From Clostridia bacterium (GTDB lineage Bacteria > Bacillota > Clostridia > Oscillospirales > CAG-272): a stretch of DNA of 46,190 nt. Below are positions 9,104-16,666 of this stretch, piece by piece (positions within the stretch are counted from its first letter, which is position 1; each line of letters opens with the position of its first letter). The notes below the pieces were generated by a model that saw nothing but the letters and a program-made list of their open reading frames with translations, was not told where the DNA came from and ran no database searches. The translations under genes and the position numbers were made by a program. Location: positions 1-46,190 of the forward strand of contig JAKSPH010000002.1 of NCBI GenBank assembly GCA_024404975.1, given 5' to 3'.

Positions 9104-10843
9104 TCAGTTTCCGCGATGAAATCCGAGAGAGCGGATATACGAACCCTCGGCACCTCTGTCACCGACCGATTGCAGGTGCAGATAGCATAAACCAAACGGC
9201 GGGACGGACGAAAGAGAAAGTTTTGTCACGGACTCTCTGTCGATCAGTTCGGCAGTGCCGGCATCGAGGTCGAATTTCACGCGGACCGTCTTGAAGAAGG
9301 GGGCATCCGCGGCTTCGTTTTCGGCGTCAATCGTCAAAAGAAGCGATATGGGTGCCTCGTCTGCCACAGTTTCGTCGCTTGGGTTGCGCCAATGGTCGAG
9401 CAGGGAAACACGGAGTCCCGCCCCTCCGACGTGGAGGTCGAGCGTCGCTTCTCCCCTCTTTGCCATGGGAAAATTCCACACCGCGCCCGTAGCGGGGGAG
9501 ATGGTGAACGGCGAAACGGAAGGTGCGACATACAACGCCTCGGTTCCGTCCTCAAGCGGACTCGGAAGCAAACGTACGCCGTTTTCTCTGTTGTAGGCAC
9601 AATGACCGACGTACTTTTTCAGTTCTTCGGAATTGTGCGCCTCGTTACCGCCGAGAATACTGCGAATGTAAACTTGTGTAGACAAATTACAAAGCCCGCG
9701 GTTGAAGGTTTCCGTGCGGTCTGTTTCGTAAAGCCAACCGGGATCGAAAATCAATCCTCGGCGGCAAACGGCGTGCTGACCGTGAACGATCAGAACTTTT
9801 CCCGCCGGTAATTCCGCCGCCTCAAACTGATGCATGCTCTTGTCGCGGCAGTCCGTGATCCCGCCCGCCGATCGGAAATCGGCGGCACAGCGAAGCGGGT
9901 TCAAGCGGATCTCACGGAATCCGAACCACGTCTTTCCGTCGTCCTCCGAGATGGCAACGTGAGCCGCGTCGCGGTTGGTGAACACGTCCTCCCACACGCC
10001 GTCGGCTTCCGGAAGTTCGGGGAGCGGTCTTGTGTTGCAGAAGAACAAAAGCAGTCTTCCGTCGCGGAGTTTCAGATATTTCGGCATCGTGCCGACCGTG
10101 TGAAGGGGTGTCGGATGCACCCCGCCGAAAGTGTTTCCGCCGTCGGTCGAAACGCTCTCGTAAATGTAGTCCGTCGCGGTGCGGCAGAGCAGGGAAATCG
10201 TGCCGTCCCCTTTTTCGATGAGGGTGCCTTCGCGGCAATTCTGTTGCCAACGGATGCCCACACCGGCTTTCGTCGGCTTGTCGAACGGGGCTTCCTCAAT
10301 GTGGATCAGACGGAAGTTTTCCAAGTCGTCGGTGACAAAGATCACCTGGAAGAACGCCGTGGGATGCCGGTCGGGGCGGTGCTCGTGCGCCGCGATCAGA
10401 ACTCTGCCGGGGACGGAGGAAACCGCGAGAATGGCGGTGGACTCGAAGAAATCTCCGAGCGGAATTTTCTTTTTTACAGGGCTGTCGGGGGTGTCCGCGA
10501 TCTGTACGGTCAACTGACCGTTTTCTCTGACCGCCGCAAGATATAAATCATAGTAGGGCAGATACGCCGAGGAACCGAGCAGGTCGGGATCTGACACGAT
10601 ATGCCGTTTCCACGACAGACCGCCGTCCGTGCTTTCGTGGTAGGAGCGGTGGTAGGAATCGTCGAAAACGTCCCGCTTTCCGTAATGCCCGTAAACGCGG
10701 ATCCTGCCGTCTGGCAGAAGCGTCAGCGAGCCGAACCCCGGATCGCCGTCCGGAGAAAGAACCTCGGTCGGTTCGTAAATATCACCGAGAAGGCGCAGAT
10801 CCTCGTCTGTCAGACGGTGTTGCATTTGTTCGCAGAAGTCCAT
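9104..10843 (-). CDS. BNR/Asp-box repeat beta-propeller protein (sialidase superfamily-like)
   Basis: 579 aa with three Asp-boxes (STDGGLSW, STDGGNTF, SEDDGKTW). There is no signal peptide. The SD is AAAGGAAC. Confidence 0.8.
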   Translation of the reverse strand: MDFCEQMQHRLTDEDLRLLGDIYEPTEVLSPDGDPGFGSLTLLPDGRIRVYGHYGKRDVFDDSYHRSYHESTDGGLSWKRHIVSDPDLLGSSAYLPYYDLYLAAVRENGQLTVQIADTPDSPVKKKIPLGDFFESTAILAVSSVPGRVLIAAHEHRPDRHPTAFFQVIFVTDDLENFRLIHIEEAPFDKPTKAGVGIRWQQNCREGTLIEKGDGTISLLCRTATDYIYESVSTDGGNTFGGVHPTPLHTVGTMPKYLKLRDGRLLLFFCNTRPLPELPEADGVWEDVFTNRDAAHVAISEDDGKTWFGFREIRLNPLRCAADFRSAGGITDCRDKSMHQFEAAELPAGKVLIVHGQHAVCRRGLIFDPGWLYETDRTETFNRGLCNLSTQVYIRSILGGNEAHNSEELKKYVGHCAYNRENGVRLLPSPLEDGTEALYVAPSVSPFTISPATGAVWNFPMAKRGEATLDLHVGGAGLRVSLLDHWRNPSDETVADEAPISLLLTIDAENEAADAPFFKTVRVKFDLDAGTAELIDRESVTKLSLSSVPPFGLCYLHLQSVGDRGAEGSYIRSLGFHRGN

Positions 10844-10913
10844 GGAGATTGTTCCTTTTTTGTCCCATTATAGCATAATCGGGAGTTGTTTTCAACCATT
10901 TTGCGTGAATCTC

Positions 10914-10942
10914 TTGACATTTTCCCGTAAAGCGGATATAAT
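10914..10942 (+). promoter_or_regulatory. consensus sigma70 promoter driving the FMN riboswitch and ribU
   Basis: TTGACA-17 nt-TATAAT, an exact consensus. Confidence 0.75.
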
Positions 10943-10957
10943 AAAGGTAATCGAATA

Positions 10958-11126
10958 TAACGTTTCTTTGGGGCATGGTGAGATTCCATACCGGCAGTAT
11001 AGTCTGCGAGAGCGGGAGATCCGCTTTGATAAGGTGCAATTCCTTAACCGACGGTGATAGTCCGGATGAGAAAAGAAACCGCGAATTTGCATTTCACGGC
11101 GCCCTTTTTGGGTGCCGTTTTTTATT
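10958..11126 (+). promoter_or_regulatory. FMN riboswitch (RFN element) with intrinsic terminator expression platform
   Basis: The conserved RFN blocks are GGGGCATGGTGAGATTCCATACCGGCAGTATAGTCTGCGAG and AAGGTGCAATTCCTTAACCGACGGTGATAGTCCGGATGAGAAAAGAAAC. P1 pairs CGTTTCTTT with AAAAGAAAC. A hairpin ACGGCGCCC/GGGTGCCGT plus a T-run (about 11094-11126) follows. Confidence 0.9.
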
Positions 11127-11136
11127 TGGAGGACTT

Positions 11137-11808
11137 ATGAAAAACACACAAAGAGAACTGATCCGCCGTTATGTTGCGATCGCCGTTTTCTCTGCCTTGG
11201 CGTATGCCGTAACTTTCGTATTCCGCATCCCCGTTTCCTTTCTGACTTTCGACGCGAAAGATGCCGTCATTACCGTCGCCGCGATGTTCTTCGGACCGCT
11301 CTCGGCAATGTTCATGTCATTGATCCCCGCCTTGCTTGAACTCGTTACCGTCAGCAATACGGGACTCTACGGCTTGCTGATGAACTTCCTCGGCTCGTTC
11401 GCCTTCGCCGGAACGGCATCGCTCCTGTACCGAAACCGCAGAACCGGCACCGCCGCGATCCTCTCGGTCGTTTCGGGAGCGCTCACCATGACCGCCGCCA
11501 TGATGTTGTTCAATCTCTTTATCACGCCGTATTATATGGGCGTAGAACGGGCGATCGTCATCTCCATGATACCCACGCTCCTCCTGCCCTTCAACCTCGC
11601 GAAAGGCGCCGTAAACGCCGCTCTGACGGTCTTTCTCTATAAACCCGTATCCCTCGCCCTCCGCAAGAGCGGACTTGTCCCGACCTCCTCCGCATCGAGC
11701 GAACAGAACGAAACCGGCTACCGTGCGAAGCGCACCGCCGTGCTCACGGTCGCGGGTGCCGGCCTTCTTGCCCTCGGTATTGTCGGGCTTATCCTCCTGA
11801 AAAAATAA
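11137..11808 (+). CDS. ribU: riboflavin transporter, ECF-type S component
   Basis: The ATG at 11137 follows GGAGGA. The protein is ~223 aa and polytopic. It lies directly downstream of the FMN riboswitch. Confidence 0.8.
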   Translation: MKNTQRELIRRYVAIAVFSALAYAVTFVFRIPVSFLTFDAKDAVITVAAMFFGPLSAMFMSLIPALLELVTVSNTGLYGLLMNFLGSFAFAGTASLLYRNRRTGTAAILSVVSGALTMTAAMMLFNLFITPYYMGVERAIVISMIPTLLLPFNLAKGAVNAALTVFLYKPVSLALRKSGLVPTSSASSEQNETGYRAKRTAVLTVAGAGLLALGIVGLILLKK

Positions 11809-11835
11809 CCCCCGCTTTTTATCCCATAAAAACAA

Positions 11836-11873
11836 CCCCGACGGCAGAAAACCTGCCGTCGGGGCTTTCGTTT
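11836..11873. terminator. bidirectional rho-independent terminator
   Basis: 12-bp perfect stem CCCCGACGGCAG/CTGCCGTCGGGG flanked by an A-run and a T-rich tract, between convergent genes. Confidence 0.8.
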
Positions 11874-11891
11874 ATATCACAAGGAAGTTTT

Positions 11892-13307
11892 TTAATCGGC
11901 AACCTTTGCGTAGTGCATCGTACCGTCAAGTTCGATGACAACACGCTCGCCGTTGACCACGTCATCGAATACCGTGAAATCTTCTGCAACAGGGGTTTCG
12001 ATCTTTTGAACTTGCATCCGGAAGTCAGAACCGGCACTCAGCGAGTAGTCGGCGATAACAACCCATTTATCATCGGAAGATCCGAAGAAGTTATCGCTTC
12101 TGATACCGGTGAACTGCTTCTTTGAGCCGGACACTTCACCGTAAATAAGTTTGGTGTTGTCGTCGGGATCAATCTTAGCGGTGAACAGAAGATAATCGTT
12201 TACGGTAAATCTATCGATATTGCAAAGAACTTCATTGACTTTTTCACCGTCGAGGTAGAGAGTGTAAGTCATCGTGTAAACGACCGCACCGTCAACGATG
12301 CTTGCAGTCTGATGCCAACGGATACCGATTCTGTGCCAGCCGTAGCCGCCGATGTTGACGTAATCTGCGGCAGTTCCGTTGTCGGGAGAGGAAGGACCGT
12401 AAGTCACCGTTTTAACCTGACCGAGTTCAAATCCGCCGACGAAGGGGCAACTATCGTCGCCGGTGCCGAGGTGAAGCCATACTGCGGTTGCGGTGGGAGT
12501 ACCGCCGGACTTATCGAAACGACCGATCGCAATGTTAGAAGAGGAGGAGCCGAGGTTCAAGGTTTCGTTCCAAAGGAAAGAGAACTCAAGGAACAGATCT
12601 CTGCCTTCGGGGTTTTCTGCCGTGGGATAAAAGTGTCCGAGATCATGGTTGATCTTCGTCATCTCGAGTCTGTCTGTGAAGAGGTTTGCGTTGTAACCCC
12701 AGGCGGCGGGAGCGGATCCGCTCATACCGTCAAGAATAGTGGTACTTGCGAAGTGGATAGTTTTGGTAACCGAGTTTCCGCAAACGGAGCAAACACCGGT
12801 CTTTTCACCGTCGGCAGTGTTGGAAGGCGCTTTGACTGTGGTGTAGGTGCAGGTATGTTCTGCAAGAGCGATCTCGGTCGATTCCTTCGTTGCGTCGCAT
12901 TTGGCGCAGTGAATGGATTTGGAACCTTTTTCTTTGCAGGTAGCGGGTTTATCGACCGTGTAATCGATACCCCAACTGTGACCGAGAGCATCAACGGTTT
13001 CAGTCTTGGTTTCGTTGCATTTGGAGCAGGTAGAGGTCTTGACACCGTCGTCCGTGCAGGTAGCAGGCGTGGTGATCGTGCCGGCGTTCCAATCGTGGCC
13101 GGTTGCGGGGATGACTGCGGGTTTGGTTTCACCGCAGTTGGTGCAGGTGAAGGTCATGACACCGTCAACCGTGCAGGTAGCGGCAGTGGTGACTTCGCCG
13201 TCATTCCATGTGTGTTCGCATGCAGGTTCTTTTCCGCAGGAAGAGAGTGCCATAAGGCATCCCAGAGCGAGGGTAAGAACAAGCAGCAGAAGTGCGTACT
13301 TTTTCAT
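11892..13307 (-). CDS. surface lipoprotein A: Cys/His-rich repeats plus one beta-sandwich (LamG/concanavalin-like?) module
   Basis: The start at 13307 (MKKYALLLLVLTLALGCLMALSSCGK, lipobox SSC) follows AAAGGAGAA. Three ~38-41-aa repeats (H-x-W...TC...C-x2-C...GH) and one variant repeat precede a ~270-aa C-terminal module (GHFYPTAENPEG...GWHRIGIRWHQ...YLDGEKV). Confidence 0.85.
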   Translation of the reverse strand: MKKYALLLLVLTLALGCLMALSSCGKEPACEHTWNDGEVTTAATCTVDGVMTFTCTNCGETKPAVIPATGHDWNAGTITTPATCTDDGVKTSTCSKCNETKTETVDALGHSWGIDYTVDKPATCKEKGSKSIHCAKCDATKESTEIALAEHTCTYTTVKAPSNTADGEKTGVCSVCGNSVTKTIHFASTTILDGMSGSAPAAWGYNANLFTDRLEMTKINHDLGHFYPTAENPEGRDLFLEFSFLWNETLNLGSSSSNIAIGRFDKSGGTPTATAVWLHLGTGDDSCPFVGGFELGQVKTVTYGPSSPDNGTAADYVNIGGYGWHRIGIRWHQTASIVDGAVVYTMTYTLYLDGEKVNEVLCNIDRFTVNDYLLFTAKIDPDDNTKLIYGEVSGSKKQFTGIRSDNFFGSSDDKWVVIADYSLSAGSDFRMQVQKIETPVAEDFTVFDDVVNGERVVIELDGTMHYAKVAD

Positions 13308-13380
13308 AAGGTTTCTCCTTTTATGTTTTTTTGCAAAGATCGCGGACACTATTTCGCTTTCTTTGCTTTTTTGCTCTTAT

Positions 13381-13409
13381 ATTATAGCAAAAACAAAAGG
13401 AAAAAACAA
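13381..13409 (-). promoter_or_regulatory. extended -10 promoter for lipoprotein A
   Basis: Minus strand reads TTGTTT-17 nt-TGCTATAAT. The -35 is weak and the extended -10 is good. Confidence 0.5.
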
Positions 13410-13510
13410 GTCCGCAAAAGAAAATGTTGCGGTATTCTCGTTTTGCGTTCGTCATTGTGTGCAAAAACTTTATCGTTTTTTGTGCATAACGGCAAACGGT
13501 CGGCTTTTCG

Positions 13511-13548
13511 CAAAAAAACCGACGGAAGAACAAGCGTTCTTCCGCCGG
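13511..13548 (-). terminator. rho-independent terminator after lipoprotein B
   Basis: Stem CGGAAGAAC/GTTCTTCCG with a GCTT loop, followed by TTTTTTT on the minus strand. Confidence 0.8.
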
Positions 13549-13584
13549 AATCGGTTATTCAATTAAGATTGGAAACCGAGGGAA

Positions 13585-15954
13585 TCACTCAACTGTTTTG
13601 AGCTGGAAGTACATCGTGCCGGGAACGGTAACGCCCTCAGCAACTTCAACCGTTGCTTCAACGGGGGAAGCAACCTTTTCAACGTTCATAGCGAACTCGG
13701 TACCTACAGATACGGATGCATCGGCAATACCGATGTAGCGGTCTTCAAGGTAGGAACCGTTATTGTTGCCAACGAAGTTGGAGAACTGGAATGCTACGAA
13801 AGCAGAGTCATTCGCGTAATGTACGGCATCGCTGAAAACAATGTTGCCGTCAACAACTTCTGCCTGGTAGAGTTTAGGCATAGAGGAAGCACATTCATAA
13901 GAAATAACAACTTCACCGTCAACGTAGATCGTGAAGATTTCTTTGTATACAACTTCGTTGCCGTTTAAGGTTACGTCTTCGTGAAGACGCATACCGATTC
14001 TGTGCCAGCCTTCACCCTTAAGTACGTAGTAGTAATCGTCAAAGTTTGCATCGTCAACTGCAACACCGGCCTTCTTCAGAGCTTCGCCGTCTTTCCAAGC
14101 ACCGCCTTGCTGAGGACCAACAAGGACTTTGCTTGCCTTGTTCAGTTCGAAAGCACCGAATTTGGGCGCGCAGGAATCTGCAATACCGGGGTGGAGCCAT
14201 ACGGTGGTAGTTCCGCTGTTAGTGTCGGCAGGATTGTTGAATCTGAAGAGGTAAAGGTTGTTAACGAAAGCGTCGTTTTCGATGGAATTGTTCCAGAGGA
14301 TGGAGAACTCGGCAATGAGATCTTTGACGTTAGGATTCTCTTCGGTAGGATAGAAGTGACCGAGATCGCTCATCAGGTAAGAGGGCGTATTGAAACTGGT
14401 TTTGCCGATTTCATTGAACTCATTGGAACTGTAGATTACAGTGTTGGAACCTACGGGAATTACTTCATTGAATTCTTTACCGCATACGGAGCAGGTACCG
14501 GTCTTTGCACCGTCAGCAAACATGGTAGCATCTTTGGTAACGTTCCAAGCGATGTTATGATCGCAAGCGGGAGCGTAGTGCATAGCACCGGGAAGGGTAA
14601 CGGTGTCGGAAACTTTGAAGTCTTTTGCTTCGGGAGCATCAACTTTTTCTACCTTCTGAACGAAGTCTTTGCCGCAGGAGAAGTTAACGTCTGCGAAGGG
14701 GAATACCATATCGGCAGCGGAGCCGAATTTTTCGAAGTAGATGTAAGGACCGAAGCCGGTGTTGTCAGAGTACTTGATCGTACCGTCAACGAGTTCGGTC
14801 TTGAAGAGAACGCCACCCTTCTCGATCAGTTTTGCTGCGTTCATGTGGTACTGAAGTACCATTTCGCCGTCGAGGTAAACGGAGAGAAGTGCGGAGGTCT
14901 TGATTTCGCCGTCAACAAGTTCAGCTTCCTGATGAACCTGGAAGCCGACTCTGTGCCAGCCGTATTCACCGAAGTTAGGAAGATCGTTGTAACCGGAGCC
15001 CGAAGTGCCCTTGAACTTGGATGCTTCGGTGTAGATCTCCGCTGCGGTCTTACCATTGCAGTTGCAGGGTTCGAAGGAACCTGCGGCGGTACCCCACTGA
15101 CCGGAGATGCCGTCTTTCAGGTTGAATTCGAAGATGGTCGTGTTGTTGTCGCCTGTAGCACCCCAAAGTCTGATGCCGATGGTTTTAAGGTTAGCGTTGT
15201 TCTTTACGGTATCGTTCCAAAGGAGAGAGAACTCGATGAAGAGATCGTTTCCTTCGGGATTTTCAGCGGTAGGATAGAAGTGCTGACCTTCTTCAAGAAT
15301 TTCTTCGTAGTTCTTGTTGTGCTTGAAGGGAGAAGAGGTTGCAGCGGTTACAACGTCAACGTTGGAACCTGCGGGGATGACCTTGTCGTCAACTGCGGAG
15401 CAAACGGAGCAAACGCCGTGGTCCGTACCGTCAGCAAAGAGGGTTGCTTCTTTGGTTACGGTGTAAACGTAGTTGTGACCAACGGTGTCGATCTCGGTTA
15501 CGTCCTTTTTCTCATTGCAGTTAGCACAATGGATGGACTTGGAACCTTTGGCTGCACAGGTCGCGGGAGTATCGACGGTGAAGTCGGTGTCCCATGCGTG
15601 ACCTGTAAGATCAATCTCGGTTACGTCCTTTTTCTCATTGCATTTAGCACAATGGATGGACTTGGAACCTTTGGCTGTACAGGTCGCGGGAGTATCGACG
15701 GTGAAGTCGGTGTCCCATTCGTGACCGAGAGCGCCAATGGCTTCAGTCTTGGTTTCGTTACATTTCGTGCAGGTGAAGGTCTTTACACCGGCAGCCGTGC
15801 AGGTTGCGGGAGTAGTAACTTCGCCGGCATTCCATGCGTGTTCGCAAGTGGGATCGTCAGGGGTAGGTGCGGGCTTATCACCGCAGGACGTGAATGCCAT
15901 GAGGCAACCTACGACCAGCGTGAGGACAAGCAGCAGAAGTGCGTACTTTTTCAT
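13585..15954 (-). CDS. surface lipoprotein B: Cys/His-rich repeats plus two copies of the beta-sandwich-like module
   Basis: The start at 15954 (MKKYALLLLVLTLVVGCLMAFTSCGDK) follows AAAAGGAGAA; the listed longer ORF start is spurious. The architecture is SP-3 repeats-variant repeat-module-variant repeat-module. It is a paralog of lipoprotein A, with 27 nt identical at the 5' end. Confidence 0.85.
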   Translation of the reverse strand: MKKYALLLLVLTLVVGCLMAFTSCGDKPAPTPDDPTCEHAWNAGEVTTPATCTAAGVKTFTCTKCNETKTEAIGALGHEWDTDFTVDTPATCTAKGSKSIHCAKCNEKKDVTEIDLTGHAWDTDFTVDTPATCAAKGSKSIHCANCNEKKDVTEIDTVGHNYVYTVTKEATLFADGTDHGVCSVCSAVDDKVIPAGSNVDVVTAATSSPFKHNKNYEEILEEGQHFYPTAENPEGNDLFIEFSLLWNDTVKNNANLKTIGIRLWGATGDNNTTIFEFNLKDGISGQWGTAAGSFEPCNCNGKTAAEIYTEASKFKGTSGSGYNDLPNFGEYGWHRVGFQVHQEAELVDGEIKTSALLSVYLDGEMVLQYHMNAAKLIEKGGVLFKTELVDGTIKYSDNTGFGPYIYFEKFGSAADMVFPFADVNFSCGKDFVQKVEKVDAPEAKDFKVSDTVTLPGAMHYAPACDHNIAWNVTKDATMFADGAKTGTCSVCGKEFNEVIPVGSNTVIYSSNEFNEIGKTSFNTPSYLMSDLGHFYPTEENPNVKDLIAEFSILWNNSIENDAFVNNLYLFRFNNPADTNSGTTTVWLHPGIADSCAPKFGAFELNKASKVLVGPQQGGAWKDGEALKKAGVAVDDANFDDYYYVLKGEGWHRIGMRLHEDVTLNGNEVVYKEIFTIYVDGEVVISYECASSMPKLYQAEVVDGNIVFSDAVHYANDSAFVAFQFSNFVGNNNGSYLEDRYIGIADASVSVGTEFAMNVEKVASPVEATVEVAEGVTVPGTMYFQLKTVE
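15491..15726 (-). repeat. tandem direct duplication, 2 x 123 bp, about 3 mismatches
   Basis: Unit 1 starts at 15491 and unit 2 at 15614. Both read atctcggttacgtcctttttctcattgca.ttagcacaatggatggacttggaacctttggctg.acaggtcgcgggagtatcgacggtgaagtcggtgtccca. Each unit encodes one 41-aa Cys/His repeat. Confidence 0.9.
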
Positions 15955-16002
15955 TATGTTTCTCCTTTTTATTTTGAGCACTATATGCCCAATATCAATT
16001 AT

Positions 16003-16030
16003 ATTATAACAAAAAAACAGAAAAAAGCAA
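16003..16030 (-). promoter_or_regulatory. extended -10 promoter for lipoprotein B
   Basis: Minus strand reads TTGCTT-16 nt-TGTTATAAT, with a T-rich (UP-like) tract further upstream. Confidence 0.55.
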
Positions 16031-16278
16031 GTAAAAACAAGCAAAAAAGATACGCAACTCAAAAAACTGTCAATATGAACAAATACACATATCAAAAATT
16101 GTATAAAATAACAACGAAATCAAGGTAAAACCGAAAATTAATGTTGTTTTGCGTTAATGGTAAATAATGGTTGGTTGCAAGAGGATCCGGCGAAGCGAAA
16201 ACTTCGCTCCGTTCACTGCCGGAAAACGGCGGACTTAATAAAATAAGGAAGGTTTTTTTCACTTCCGGAAAGATGCAT

Positions 16279-16311
16279 AAAAAAAGCGGTCCGCTCCGAA
16301 GAGCAGACCGC
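16279..16311 (-). terminator. rho-independent terminator ending the rpmH...mnmE-RNHCP transcription unit
   Basis: GCGGTCTGCTC-TTCG-GAGCGGACCGC followed by TTTTTTT on the minus strand. Confidence 0.8.
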
Positions 16312-16330
16312 TGAACGTGTTGCGGTTTTA

Positions 16331-16666
16331 TTATTGAACTCCCGCCGTCAAGCGGATCAGAAGATCGGTATCGTCCGGCTGAACTTTCGCCTCATGGGCA
16401 GACTTGTTGCGGACGGTCGCACCGCATTTTTCGCAACGGTGGGTTATGATGAATCCCCGCTTCGGATCCGGCTCCGCCTTGATCGGACGGAGGATCCCGC
16501 CGCAGGGGTTGGCACGGTCGCCGGGAAGCACGTCCACGTGCAGAGAACACAGGCAGAACGGACAATGGTTCCTCGACGTGTAACCGAGCGGCAGTACTTC
16601 TTTCCCGCAGTTCTTGCAGATGAACCCGCTGTCGTTTTTTGCAAAGCGTTTGGTTTCCATACTCAT
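16331..16666 (-). CDS. RNHCP domain-containing Cys-rich protein
   Basis: 111 aa containing a literal RNHCP motif (TSRNHCPFCLCSLH) plus the CxxC pairs CKNCG and CEKCG. Its ATG overlaps the mnmE stop (ATGA). Confidence 0.8.
   Translation of the reverse strand: MSMETKRFAKNDSGFICKNCGKEVLPLGYTSRNHCPFCLCSLHVDVLPGDRANPCGGILRPIKAEPDPKRGFIITHRCEKCGATVRNKSAHEAKVQPDDTDLLIRLTAGVQ

Noticed and set aside
15955-16130. Possible invertible promoter (phase-variation switch) upstream of lipoprotein B, and likewise at 13308..13510 for lipoprotein A.
   Set aside because: These are AT-rich regions with A/T tracts. I found no flanking inverted repeats of useful length, and no nearby recombinase gene.
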